DNA of 64,000 nucleotides. Origin: an uncultured Actinomycetota bacterium (lineage in GTDB: Bacteria > Actinomycetota > Actinomycetes > JAHEKZ01). Under the pieces are notes generated by a model. The model was not told where the DNA came from. It saw only the letters and a list, made by a program, of their open reading frames with translations, and did no database searches. The position numbers were made by a program, and so were the translations under genes. The stretch spans positions 832,001 to 896,000 of the forward strand of contig CAVURN010000001.1 of NCBI GenBank assembly GCA_963743915.1. The letters are read 5' to 3'. Numbering within the stretch: the stretch's first letter is position 1; each line of letters begins with the position of its first letter. Positions 22,229 through 31,924 of the stretch are shown in pieces.

Positions 22229-22696
22229 TCAGGCGCCGAGCACCTCGTCGAGCTTCTCGTACCCTTCGCGGATCCCCTGCTCCATGCCGCTGGCGACGAA
22301 GGCGTCCCGCGCCTCGAACGAGTCGACCAACGACGTGGCCACGAGTCGGCAGCGTCCGCCGTCGAGCTCCTCGAGGGTGAGCCGTTCCAGCGAGACGCTG
22401 TCGGGGAATCCTTCGTAGGTGAACGTCTGCACGATGGTGTCGGGCTCGCGCACCTCGTGGAAGCTGCCGTAGAACGCGTACTCCTCGTCGCCCCGCGAGT
22501 GCAGGTAGCGGTACGCACCACCGGTGCGGCACTCGTAGTGGTCGACGGTCATGGTCAGGTCACGCGGGCCGAGCCACCTGCTGAGCAGGTCGGGGTCGGT
22601 GTGAGCGCGGAAGACCTTCTCGGGCGGGGCGTCGAACTCGCGGACGATGCGCACCAGCGGCACCTTCTCGTCGAGGATGATCTCGGTCTGATTCAT
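22229..22696 (-). CDS. SRPBCC/AHSA1-domain protein
   Basis: REFDAPPEKVFRAHTDP, WLGP, SGMEQG. Confidence 0.87.
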   Translation of the reverse strand: MNQTEIILDEKVPLVRIVREFDAPPEKVFRAHTDPDLLSRWLGPRDLTMTVDHYECRTGGAYRYLHSRGDEEYAFYGSFHEVREPDTIVQTFTYEGFPDSVSLERLTLEELDGGRCRLVATSLVDSFEARDAFVASGMEQGIREGYEKLDEVLGA

Positions 22697-23046
22697 CAGC
22701 TGTCTCCTGTTGTCGGGGTCGTGGGGGAGTCGGGCATCTCCTGCAGCAGCGTGTCGAGCCGTCGGTACCGCTCCTCCGCCTGCTGTCGATAACGCTCGAT
22801 CCACTTGGTCATGAGGTCGAACACCTCCGCCTCGAGGTGGACCGGACGCCGCTGGGCGTCCCGACTGCGCGTCACCAGTCCGGCATCCTCGAGCACCTTC
22901 AGGTGCTTGGAGACCGCTTGCAGAGAGACGTCGTACGGCGCCGCCAGCGCGGTCACCGTCGCGTCGGCAACCGACAACCGCGCCACCAGGTCGCGGCGCG
23001 TGGGATCGGCGAGGGCGGAGAAGACGCGGGACAGCGAGTCGGCCAC
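22696..23046 (-). CDS. ArsR/SmtB-family regulator
   Basis: FSALADPTRR, VSKHLKVLEDAGLV; AGGAGG RBS. Confidence 0.88.
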   Translation of the reverse strand: MADSLSRVFSALADPTRRDLVARLSVADATVTALAAPYDVSLQAVSKHLKVLEDAGLVTRSRDAQRRPVHLEAEVFDLMTKWIERYRQQAEERYRRLDTLLQEMPDSPTTPTTGDS

Positions 23047-23059
23047 CAGTACCTCCTGT

Positions 23060-23120
23060 TCAACCAGTCGGTTGAGCACAAGGTAGAGGCTTCTTGCTCC
23101 TTGGTCAACCGCCTGGTTGA
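23060..23120. promoter_or_regulatory. Two TCAACC-N4-GGTTGA operators
   Basis: Palindromes at 23060-23075 and 23105-23120, upstream of the second ArsR gene. Confidence 0.72.
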
Positions 23121-23569
23121 GCACTCCGGATGACCCGTACGGCGAAGCAGCCCGGCCCGGCGTTGTGGACGTGAACGAATGCGGTCAGGGGATCGGCAAA
23201 CTGCCGGTGGAGGGCGTCGGCGAGCGCGACCCCGTCGACGATCTCGGCCCGGCGCATCATCGCGTCACCGTCGTAGCCACGGACCGACAGCACTCGTCGC
23301 CGTTGCTGCTCGGGGATGGCGTGGCCCGCGTAGACCGGGCACGGTTCGGCGTGAACGTAGACCGGGCTGGCACCGCGGTACGGGCTGTCCGTGACGAAGG
23401 GGTCGTAGCTGACCAGATGGACCCGTTCGCCAGGTTCGGCGTCGCGCAGACAACGGCGACAGGGAGTCGAGCAGCGCTCGGTCACGAGGACCGGGTCGGA
23501 GCCGGTCACGTCGATGTCCGCCGCCCCGGTCAGGAGGTAGCCCGTGGTCGTCATGGTCGTGGTCGCCAT
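23105..23569 (-). CDS. DUF1203 protein
   Basis: PCRRCLRDA, SPY...PVYVHAEPC, HVHNAGPGCF. Confidence 0.85.
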   Translation of the reverse strand: MATTTMTTTGYLLTGAADIDVTGSDPVLVTERCSTPCRRCLRDAEPGERVHLVSYDPFVTDSPYRGASPVYVHAEPCPVYAGHAIPEQQRRRVLSVRGYDGDAMMRRAEIVDGVALADALHRQFADPLTAFVHVHNAGPGCFAVRVIRSAQPGG

Positions 23570-23672
23570 GGCATCAGCGTGCCGTTCCTGGAACCAGGGG
23601 GCTGGCGGGAATCGGACGCGGCACCCAGTACGTGGAGGGCCGCAGCCGCCTCCGCGCGTCCGTTGAGGTCAG

Positions 23673-24596
23673 TCACGCTCGCGGCGCGAGTGCGGTGAGG
23701 ACGCGCTCGGCGTGGTCGAGGGCCGCTGCGGCGTCGATGTCGTCCGACACCGTCTCCGGGTCCCAGTTCAGGTCGAGGAACACCTCCGTGACACCAGCCG
23801 ACGCCAGGACGACCAGGTCGCGGCGGATCTCGTCGCTCGTCCCCTGGAGCGGCGCTCGATCCGGAGACGACCCGGGTATCCAACCGCACCACGCCGCGGG
23901 TGACGAATCGAAGTGCGTCGGGATCGCGTCCTCGCTTCAGCTGCGGCATCCCGCACGACGTCGATCGACCGGCCGATCGCGGTGAGGTCGGTGCGGCTGC
24001 TGCTGATCCATCCATCGGCGATCCGACCGATCCGACGCAGCGCCGTCTCGACGGTGCCACCCATGAGCAGGGGCGGGTGGGGTCGCTGAACCGGCTTGGG
24101 GTCGACTCGGCTGCGGGGCAGCTCGATAGTAGGCGCCGCTGAACTCCACCTCGGGCTGCGTCCAGATCGCCTTGAGGCAGGCGACGAACTCCTCCGCCCG
24201 CGCCCCACGTCCCTCCATCGGCACGCCGACCGCCTCGAATTCCTGAGGGGCCCAGCCCAGCCCCAGGCCGACGTCGAGGCGACCGGCGGACACGATGTCC
24301 ACGGTCGTGAGCGCCTTCGACAGCACCAACGGTGAGTAGAAGGGAAGGTTGACGACGGCGAGTCCCAGACGGATCCGTGAGGTGAAGCCTGCCACGTAGG
24401 CAAGTGCGGTGACCGGGTCCACCACGCCGTGGTAGACCGAGCCCCAATCCTCGTCGACCGGGTGGAGCAACCTCTGGAAGGACCACAGCGACGTGTATCC
24501 GAGCTCCTCGGCACGCTCGGCCACGTGGCGCATGTTCTCCGGGGTCGCCCACGCGCCGGAGACGGGCAGCCCGAGTCCCAGCCGAGGGGTGGTCAT
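23673..24596 (-). CDS. LLM-class (probably F420-dependent) oxidoreductase (frameshifted)
   Basis: AEELGYTSLW, TSRIRLG, GRLDVGLGLGW, PKPVQRPHPPLLMGG, FLDLNWD spread over several frames. Confidence 0.82.
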
Positions 24597-24598
24597 CG

Positions 24599-25111
24599 CT
24601 ACTCGTCCAGCTGTCGGCCCGCGAAGTACATCAGCGGATCGCTGAGCAGCTCCAGACCGATGCCGTCCGGATCCCTGAAGTACAGGGACTCCGGAATGCC
24701 TCGGTCCGGACCGACGTACTCGATGCCGGCCTCGTCGAGGCGCGCACGCAGCCGCTCCCACCTGTCGCGCGGAACCGAGATCGCGATGTGCTGCACCGCG
24801 CCGATCGACTCGACGCCTTGTTCGAGCCCCAGTCCCGGGAAGTCGAAGAAGCCCAGGAGCGTCTGGTTGCCGACGTCGAAGAAGAAGTGTGAGGACCCCG
24901 GGTAGTCGCGGTTCTCGACGAGCTCGACCAGCGGGAAGCCCAGGAGCTCCTGGTAGAACCGGATCGTGCGCTCGACGTCCGAGCAGATCAGTGCTGCGTG
25001 GTGGATCCCCCGACCGGGTGTCTGTGGTCGGTCGGCGACCACTCTCTGGTAGCGCCTTCGCAGGTCGGCGCGACGTTCCTCGAGCTCGACCAGCTCGGCA
25101 TCGGTCGGCAT
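24599..25111 (-). CDS. VOC/glyoxalase-family protein
   Basis: GIHHAALI, QHIAI, SLYFRDPDGIGLEL. Confidence 0.87.
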   Translation of the reverse strand: MPTDAELVELEERRADLRRRYQRVVADRPQTPGRGIHHAALICSDVERTIRFYQELLGFPLVELVENRDYPGSSHFFFDVGNQTLLGFFDFPGLGLEQGVESIGAVQHIAISVPRDRWERLRARLDEAGIEYVGPDRGIPESLYFRDPDGIGLELLSDPLMYFAGRQLDE

Positions 25112-25176
25112 GGCGCCTCCAGGGGCCGCGTTCGTAGCTCGGACTGTAGTGCCGGGACCGCCCGGCGGGGGAGTGG

Positions 25177-25602
25177 CTAGTCCTCGTGCCCTCGTCGCAG
25201 ACGCTTGACCTCCGAACGTCGCTTCTTGGCGGAGAGGCGGCGCTCCACCGCGTTCCTCGACGGCTTGGTCGGACGGCGCGGCCGCGCAGGAGGCGCCGTC
25301 GCCGCACGCAAGGTGTCGGCCAGCCGCTGCTCCGCGGCCCGACGGTTGAGGTACTGCGACCGTTCCGTGGAGGCCGTGATCCGCAGCACGCCGTCCACCA
25401 GTCGGTCCCCGAGACGCTCCACCGCGCGCCGACGCCAGACTTCGGGAAGAGAGGGAGAACGGGCGACGTCGAAGATCAGCTCGACGCGCGAATCAGTTGT
25501 ATTCACCGACTGGCCGCCAGGGCCGGACGATCTCGAGAACTTCCAGCGCAGCTCGTGGGCGGGAATCACCACCGACCCACGGACCGGAATGTCGTCTGGC
25601 AC
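25177..25602 (-). CDS. arfB: Alternative ribosome-rescue peptidyl-tRNA hydrolase ArfB
   Basis: SRSSGPGGQSVN, RSQYLNR, basic tail RRPTKPS...KKRRSEVK. Confidence 0.93.
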   Translation of the reverse strand: MPDDIPVRGSVVIPAHELRWKFSRSSGPGGQSVNTTDSRVELIFDVARSPSLPEVWRRRAVERLGDRLVDGVLRITASTERSQYLNRRAAEQRLADTLRAATAPPARPRRPTKPSRNAVERRLSAKKRRSEVKRLRRGHED

Positions 25603-25639
25603 GAGTCGATCATCGGTCCCCTCTCCTGCCCCTCGTCAA

Positions 25640-25706
25640 GGATCGGAGGATTCTGCACCGAAATAGGCCTGCTGGAGGCGCGAAAGCGCGTGGAATCCTC
25701 CGATCC
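25640..25706. repeat. Intergenic inverted-repeat (REP-like) element
   Basis: GGATCGGAGGATTC / GAATCCTCCGATCC 14-bp arms; related arm at 62027-62041. Confidence 0.55.
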
Positions 25707-25723
25707 TCCGGAATGCTGGGCGG

Positions 25724-26296
25724 GTGGCTCCCGACGTCGTGCTGATCGGTCCGCTGGCCGTCGGCAAGACGACCGTCGGCGCGGCACTCGCCGCCCGGCT
25801 GGGTCACCCCCAGGTCTCGATGGACGACGTCCGCTGGGACTTCTACGACGAGCTCGACTACGACGCCGTCGAGGCGGAACGGCGGTTTACCGCGGGCAGG
25901 ACGATCCCCGACAAGCTGGCGTACGGACGACCGTTCGAGGTGCACGCCGTCGAGCGCCTCATGGAGGAGACCAGCCGCGGTGTCGTCGACTTCGGGGCGA
26001 GCAACTCGGTCTTCGATGACGAGCAGATGTTGGCCCGAGTCGAGTCGGCTCTGCTGCCTGTGACGGTGGTCCTGCTGATGCCCTACCCCGACGCCGAGGC
26101 GTCCATCGAGCTGCTGGTGGACCGCTTGACGCAGATCGTGGCCGCGAAGGGTGAACCGATCTCCCGGACCCTGCTGCAGCTGAACGAGTACTTCGTGCGA
26201 CACCCGGCCAACCGACGGCTGGCCGATGTCGTCGTCCACACCGGTGAGCGGACGCCGGACGAACTGAGCGATGACATCGTCCACCGCCTCCGCTGA
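25724..26296 (+). CDS. Shikimate-kinase-like P-loop kinase
   Basis: VLIGPLAVGKTT, VVDFGAS. Confidence 0.7.
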   Translation: MAPDVVLIGPLAVGKTTVGAALAARLGHPQVSMDDVRWDFYDELDYDAVEAERRFTAGRTIPDKLAYGRPFEVHAVERLMEETSRGVVDFGASNSVFDDEQMLARVESALLPVTVVLLMPYPDAEASIELLVDRLTQIVAAKGEPISRTLLQLNEYFVRHPANRRLADVVVHTGERTPDELSDDIVHRLR

Positions 26297-26354
26297 GCGC
26301 TGGGGTCGGGTAATCCGCGAGCACCGAACGCGCGGGGCGTGGCACAGTTCGGAC

Positions 26355-27209
26355 ATGACGACGACTCCCGACTTCTCCGGTGACAATCTTCCCGAGTACG
26401 TGCGACTCAACCGAGCCAGCTGGGACGAGCGTGCCGCAGCTCACGCGGCATCTCCCGACTACGGCGTGCAGCAGTTCATCGACGACCCCAGTTACTTGTC
26501 CGGCGTCGTACGCTTCGACCTGCCCCGGTTGGGTTCGGTGGACGGGCTGCGAGGCGTCCACCTGCAGTGCCACATCGGCACCGACACGCTGTCCCTGGCC
26601 CGCCTGGGCGCCCACATGACCGGACTGGACTTCTCGGCCGAGTCGTTGGCCGAGGCCCGCAAGCTCAGCGCCGCTGCTGGTCCCGAGGTCACGTACGTCG
26701 AGGGGAACGTGTACTCCGCAGCCAGTCTGCTCGGGTACGGCGCGTTCGACTTCGTCTTCACCGGGATCGGCGCCATCTGCTGGCTGCCCAGCATCGCCGA
26801 GTGGGCGCAGGTCGTGTCCGACCTGCTGCGTCCAGGAGGGCGGCTCTTCATCCGTGAGGGCCATCCGATGCTGTGGGCGCTCGACGAGGCGCAGACCGAT
26901 CGGGTGGTGGTCGACTACGCGTACTTCGAGATGGAGGAACCCCTCGTGGCCGACGAGGAGGGCACCTATGTCGCCACCGAAGTCGAGTTCCGCCACAACC
27001 TCACCCACAACTGGAACCACGGACTCGGCGAGACCGTGACGGCATTGCTGGCCGTCGGCATGCAGGTCACCGCCTTGACTGAGCACGACTCGGTGCCTTG
27101 GGAGGCGCTACCGGGCCAGATGGTCGTGGACGATCTCGGGGAGTGGCGCCTCAGAGAGCGACCGGAACGCCTCGCGTGCAGCTACACGCTGCAGGCCGTC
27201 AAGCTCTGA
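26355..27209 (+). CDS. Class I SAM-dependent methyltransferase
   Basis: NRASWDERA, HLQCHIGTD, LRPGG. Confidence 0.88.
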   Translation: MTTTPDFSGDNLPEYVRLNRASWDERAAAHAASPDYGVQQFIDDPSYLSGVVRFDLPRLGSVDGLRGVHLQCHIGTDTLSLARLGAHMTGLDFSAESLAEARKLSAAAGPEVTYVEGNVYSAASLLGYGAFDFVFTGIGAICWLPSIAEWAQVVSDLLRPGGRLFIREGHPMLWALDEAQTDRVVVDYAYFEMEEPLVADEEGTYVATEVEFRHNLTHNWNHGLGETVTALLAVGMQVTALTEHDSVPWEALPGQMVVDDLGEWRLRERPERLACSYTLQAVKL

Positions 27210-27217
27210 CGACCGGT

Positions 27218-27874
27218 TCAGCCGACCACGCGCGCAAGCACGAATCCGTCGTAGCCCTTGCTGCCGACGGTCTGGATCGCCGTCGCCTGGACACGAGGCT
27301 CGTCCCGGACGGCCGCGTACAGCGCGCGGGTCCCTTCGGTCGTCGGATCCGTACGCTCGGGGTCGACCACCGCCCCGCCCCGGACGGTGTTGTCGACCAC
27401 GATCAGGGAACCGGGCCGACTCAGGTCCAGAGCGGCGCGGAAGTAGTCGGGATTGTGCTCCTTGTCAGCGTCGATGAAGGCGAAGTCGAAGGGGCCCGAG
27501 AGCGTGGGCAGGGTGTCGAGCGCCGGCCCGATCCTGATGTCGACCAGCTGTCCGACACCGGCGTCGTCGAGGTTCTGGCGCGCGACGAGCGCGTGCTCGT
27601 TCGAGTACTCGCAGGTCACCAGCTCGCCGTCGTCGGGGAGCGCGCGGGCCAGCCAGATGGTGCTGTAGCCGCCGAGCGTGCCGATCTCGAGAATGCGTCG
27701 CGCGCCGACCGTCTGCGCGAGGAGCATCAGCAGCTTGCCCTGCGGTGGTGACACGGCGATCTCGGGGAGACCGGCCTGGACGCTGGCAGTGAGCGTGGCG
27801 TCCAGCATCGGATCGGACACCCCGACGTGCTCGCCCAGGTAGGCGTCCACCCGGCTCCAGAGTGACTCGTCCAC
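27218..27874 (-). CDS. O-methyltransferase (Methyltransf_3)
   Basis: LEIGTLGGYS, FIDADK, VVDN, KGYDG. Confidence 0.9.
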   Translation of the reverse strand: MDESLWSRVDAYLGEHVGVSDPMLDATLTASVQAGLPEIAVSPPQGKLLMLLAQTVGARRILEIGTLGGYSTIWLARALPDDGELVTCEYSNEHALVARQNLDDAGVGQLVDIRIGPALDTLPTLSGPFDFAFIDADKEHNPDYFRAALDLSRPGSLIVVDNTVRGGAVVDPERTDPTTEGTRALYAAVRDEPRVQATAIQTVGSKGYDGFVLARVVG

Positions 27875-27928
27875 GACAGCCTCCAAAATCCGGTGGGATG
27901 GCTGAGTGTATGTCGCTACCGTCAGCGG

Positions 27929-28888
27929 GTGCCCACCGTCGCCTTCACACCCGAGCACATCGAGCCAGCGGCGCAGCTGCTGGCCCGACGTCACGCCGAC
28001 CACCGCAGGTCCGAGCCGCTGCTCGACCCGGCATACGAGAGCCCGGAGGTCTGCGCCACCGACCTCGAGGTGCTGCTGAAGACGCCGGACGCCTCCGGCG
28101 CGATCGTGCTGGAGCGCGAAGGACCGGTCGCGTTCGTGCTCGGTGCGCCGCGGGAGCCGTCGTGGGGCGACCACATGTGGGTCACGGCTGCCGGTCACGC
28201 GACGCAGGATGCCGAGGCGCTGCGGGACGCGTATGCCTGTGCCGCCCAACGGTGGTACGACGAGGGCCGTACTTCCCACTACGCCCTGGCGCCCGTGCAC
28301 GACGCCGGCGCGCTCGAGGCCTGGTACCGACTGGGTTTCGGGCAGATGCATGCGCACGCGATCCGGGAGAGCGCGCCGATGACCCCGGTCGTCACCAACG
28401 GGGTCCTGCGCCGGCCGACCCGCGACGACATCGACCAGATCGTCGAGCTCGAGTTCGTCCTCCCCGACCACCAGGCGCGCAGCCCGGTGTTCTCGGCCGG
28501 ACCCTCGTGGACTGCCGAGGAGCTGCGGGCCGACTGGGAGGAGGACATCGATGACCCGAAGTACCGCCACTTCGTCATCGAGCGGGACGGCGCCCTCGTG
28601 GCGTTGGCCACCGCATGCGCGGCGACGGTCTCGAGCATGCACAGCGGCATCGTGGGCGCCCCGGACGGTGGCTTCCTGGGCCATGCCGCCGTGCGACCGG
28701 AAGCCCGCGGCCATGGCTACGGTCGCGCCTTGGGGGAGGCGGTCATCGGCTGGTCTCACGACCAGGGGTTCGCGAGCGTCGTCAACGACTGGCGGGTCAC
28801 GAACCTGCTCGCCTCCCGCAGCTGGCCGCGTCTTGGGTGGCGCACCACCTTCCTTCGCCTGCACCGGACCATCGGCCCTGCCGGTTGA
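27929..28888 (+). CDS. GNAT acetyltransferase
   Basis: AVRPEARGHGYGRAL acetyl-CoA motif. Confidence 0.82.
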   Translation: MPTVAFTPEHIEPAAQLLARRHADHRRSEPLLDPAYESPEVCATDLEVLLKTPDASGAIVLEREGPVAFVLGAPREPSWGDHMWVTAAGHATQDAEALRDAYACAAQRWYDEGRTSHYALAPVHDAGALEAWYRLGFGQMHAHAIRESAPMTPVVTNGVLRRPTRDDIDQIVELEFVLPDHQARSPVFSAGPSWTAEELRADWEEDIDDPKYRHFVIERDGALVALATACAATVSSMHSGIVGAPDGGFLGHAAVRPEARGHGYGRALGEAVIGWSHDQGFASVVNDWRVTNLLASRSWPRLGWRTTFLRLHRTIGPAG

Positions 28889-28919
28889 TCGAAGCCCTCG
28901 CGACCGGTAGGACGGACGC

Positions 28920-30050
28920 ATGACGACGATGCACGCGGCCGTGTTCCGCGGAGCCGACCAGCCCATCGAGGTCCGTGAGGTCACCCTGGCACCACCCGGC
29001 CCGCACGAGGTCGAGGTCGCGATCGCTGCGGCCGGCGTGTGTCACAGCGACCTGCACATGGTGAAGGGGGAGTGGGAGCACCGCACTCCGGTCGTGCTCG
29101 GCCATGAGGGGTCGGGCGTCATCACCGCCCTCGGTGACGGTGTCCAGGACCTCGCGGTCGGCGACCACGTGGTGCTGTCGTGGGTGCCGTCGTGCGGGGA
29201 ATGCCGCTACTGCCGCGCGGGGCGTCCCGCGCAGTGCCTGCCCTCCATGCAGGTGATCGCCGCCGGCGGCACCCTGTTCGACGGAACGCCGCGCCTCTCG
29301 GTCGACGGCGAACCCTGCTTCCACTACCTCGGCGTCTCCTCGTACGCCGAGCGCGCGGTGGTCCCGGCGTCCGGTGCGATCAAGGTGCGGGCCGATGCCC
29401 CGCTGGACGTGATCGCCATCGTCGGCTGCGCGGTCGCGACCGGCGTCGGGGCGGTCCGCAACACGGCGCAGGTCTGGCAGGACGCGACCGTCGCCGTCAT
29501 CGGCTGCGGCGGGGTCGGACTCTCCTGCGTCCAGGGTGCGCGGCTCGCAGGCGCCAGTCGGATCGTTGCGGTCGACCTGGTGCCCGAGAAGCTCGAGCTC
29601 GCGCGCAGGCTGGGAGCCACCGACACCGTCGACGGTCGCAGCGGGCAAGTCGTCGCGCAGCTGCGGTCACTGGTGCCGGAGGGACTCGACTTCGTCTTCG
29701 ACGCGATCGGTGCCATCACGACCACCGAGCAGGCGATCGGTGCTCTGGGACTCGGTGGCGCCGCGGTGGTGGTCGGCCTTCCCCCGGCCGGCGCGGAAGC
29801 ACGCTTCCAACCGCTCGCACTCGCCGAGGCCGACCAACGCATCCTCGGCTCCAACTACGGCTCGTGCGTCCCCCACCGGGACATCCCCGACCTGGTGGAG
29901 AGTTACATGGCCGGCGAGCTCGATCTCGAGGCGATGATCTCGGCCCGTCGTCCGTTGGACGAGGCCTCAGCGGCACTTGACGACCTCGCCACCGGATCTG
30001 CCCTGCGTCAGCTGCTGCTGCCCAACCCTGACCTCGTCAACGTCCCCTGA
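28920..30050 (+). CDS. Zn-dependent alcohol dehydrogenase
   Basis: CHSD, GHEGSG, CGECRYC...C, GCGGVG. Confidence 0.93.
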   Translation: MTTMHAAVFRGADQPIEVREVTLAPPGPHEVEVAIAAAGVCHSDLHMVKGEWEHRTPVVLGHEGSGVITALGDGVQDLAVGDHVVLSWVPSCGECRYCRAGRPAQCLPSMQVIAAGGTLFDGTPRLSVDGEPCFHYLGVSSYAERAVVPASGAIKVRADAPLDVIAIVGCAVATGVGAVRNTAQVWQDATVAVIGCGGVGLSCVQGARLAGASRIVAVDLVPEKLELARRLGATDTVDGRSGQVVAQLRSLVPEGLDFVFDAIGAITTTEQAIGALGLGGAAVVVGLPPAGAEARFQPLALAEADQRILGSNYGSCVPHRDIPDLVESYMAGELDLEAMISARRPLDEASAALDDLATGSALRQLLLPNPDLVNVP

Positions 30051-30246
30051 CGGTCAAGTCGGCCAGCAGCGTGGACGTTGCGGCGGCCACGGCGTCGACC
30101 GCCTGGTCGAACGCCTCCCGGTTGTGCGCAGCCGGCGCCCGGAAGCCGGAGATCTTGCGCACGTACTGCAGGGCGGCGGCGCGGACGTCCTCGTCGGTGA
30201 CGGTGTCGGCGAAGGGAGGGCGGAGCGTCTTGATGCTGCGGCACAT
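30037..30246 (-). CDS. DUF2277 protein
   Basis: MCRSIKTLR...AAALQYVRKISG. Confidence 0.85.
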   Translation of the reverse strand: MCRSIKTLRPPFADTVTDEDVRAAALQYVRKISGFRAPAAHNREAFDQAVDAVAAATSTLLADLTVRGR

Positions 30247-30379
30247 GCCGCCACGCTAGCCGCTTCCCGGCACCACGACGCCCGGACGTCAGCGAATCGT
30301 AAGGACGTCCGACGACGCTCTTCGGTGGCTCCGACCCGCCGGCTCAGGTCTACTGGAGTCCCCGAGCTCTGGAGCGGCG

Positions 30380-31099
30380 ATGGACGGCACCGACACCCTT
30401 GACTCGCGCGAGACCGCACCGACAAGGCGCCCAGCAGGTCGGTGGTGGGCACTGCCCGTGGTCGCGCTCGTGGTGGCGCTCGGGGTATGGGTGACCGGCG
30501 GCCTGCTCACCGACGACGAGCAGGTGGCGAGGGTTCTCACCGGACTATGGTTCGGCGCCTCCGGTCTCGTCGCAGCGGTGGTCGCGTGGCGCCACCGGTG
30601 GTTGGCCGCGCCGGTGATGGCGGGCTACCTGCTGGTCGCGGTCGGTCTGGGTGGTTTTCTCGCCTACACCAGCACCGTCGACCAGGTCGTCGACGAGGAT
30701 GTCGTGGTCGCGGAGCCGGCGCCGACAACCTCGAAGGGAAGCGCCGGACAGCAGCAGGACGAGGCGGAGCAGGAGAACGTGCTGCTGGCCCGCGGGGACT
30801 TCGAGGCGCAGGCGCACCCCACGGCGGGTACCGCGTCGGTCATCCAGACGCCGAAGGGGTCAGTGCTCACGCTGACCGAGTTCGAGACCGATCCCGGCCC
30901 CGACCTACGGGTCTACCTGGTGGCCGCTGGTGCTTCCGGGGTCGAGGGAGGAACCGATCTCGGGGCGATGAAGGGCAACCAGGGAAACCAGCAGTACGAA
31001 GTGCCGGACGCCGCGGCACGGGGGGATCTGTCAGGAACCAAGGTCGTGATCTGGTGCCGGGCTTTCAGCGTGGCCTTCGGTACTGCGCGTCTGTCCTGA
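30380..31099 (+). CDS. Membrane-anchored DM13-domain protein
   Basis: Three TM segments; GPDLRVYL, KGNQGNQQY, IWCRAFSVAFG. Confidence 0.85.
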   Translation: MDGTDTLDSRETAPTRRPAGRWWALPVVALVVALGVWVTGGLLTDDEQVARVLTGLWFGASGLVAAVVAWRHRWLAAPVMAGYLLVAVGLGGFLAYTSTVDQVVDEDVVVAEPAPTTSKGSAGQQQDEAEQENVLLARGDFEAQAHPTAGTASVIQTPKGSVLTLTEFETDPGPDLRVYLVAAGASGVEGGTDLGAMKGNQGNQQYEVPDAAARGDLSGTKVVIWCRAFSVAFGTARLS

Positions 31100-31112
31100 G
31101 AGCCGTCTGCGC

Positions 31113-31757
31113 TCAGTCGACCCGGACGGTGCCGTGAGGGGTCGCGAAGTGCGCTGCGACCAGGCCCACCTCGTCGCTGGTGGGGGTGAGCCACTCGACC
31201 TCGACGTCGTCGAGCGGGTCGTCGTCGCCCCCGCCGAGCCAGCCGCACACCGTGTCACGGTCGCCGGCGATCTCGAGCTTGACGATCCGGATCTCGGTGC
31301 CGTTGCCGTGACCGGGGCGCTCCTCCGGCTCGCTGTCCCACTGGATGAAGTACGGCAGTGAGGGATCCTCGAGCAGCTCGTTCAGCCCGATCTGATGCCA
31401 GCGCAGGTCGAAGCCGTCGGGGCGCCGGCGGTGGCCCTCGACCGAGCCGCGTCCGAGGCGGCTCTCGACGGTGGCCATCTCCGGAACCTCGACGACCCAG
31501 CCCAGCCAGCCGCCGCCGTCAACGGCGCGCTGCTTGACCGCGCGTCCGAAGGGTGCGTTGTCCGCCGCGGGGTGGTCGAGTGCCGCCACGACCTCGAGGT
31601 ACGAGCCACCAGCCAGCGGGAGCACGAAGTTGCGGGTGCCGAACCGGGGGTGCATCCCTCCGTCGGTGAAGCCAGCACCCAGGCGGGAGCCGATTCGCTG
31701 GACGACGTCCGCGAGGTGATCGGTCGGCGCCGCGTAAGACAGGTGATCCAGCCGCAT
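31113..31757 (-). CDS. VOC family (Glyoxalase_3) protein
   Basis: MRLDHL, GGMHPRFGTRN, LPYFIQW. Confidence 0.87.
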   Translation of the reverse strand: MRLDHLSYAAPTDHLADVVQRIGSRLGAGFTDGGMHPRFGTRNFVLPLAGGSYLEVVAALDHPAADNAPFGRAVKQRAVDGGGWLGWVVEVPEMATVESRLGRGSVEGHRRRPDGFDLRWHQIGLNELLEDPSLPYFIQWDSEPEERPGHGNGTEIRIVKLEIAGDRDTVCGWLGGGDDDPLDDVEVEWLTPTSDEVGLVAAHFATPHGTVRVD

Positions 31758-31924
31758 ACTCCGAATCTTGCCCAACCCCGATTCCCACCCCGCAACCGGG
31801 GTCGGAGGTCTGGTCGCAGGCGCTGCGCGCGGGTCACAGTGTGACCACGTTCTGTGTCACACAGGTGCACATCGCGTAGCGCTAGTGCAAGGGTGTCGCC
31901 GACACCGAGTACTCGGAGGCCACC

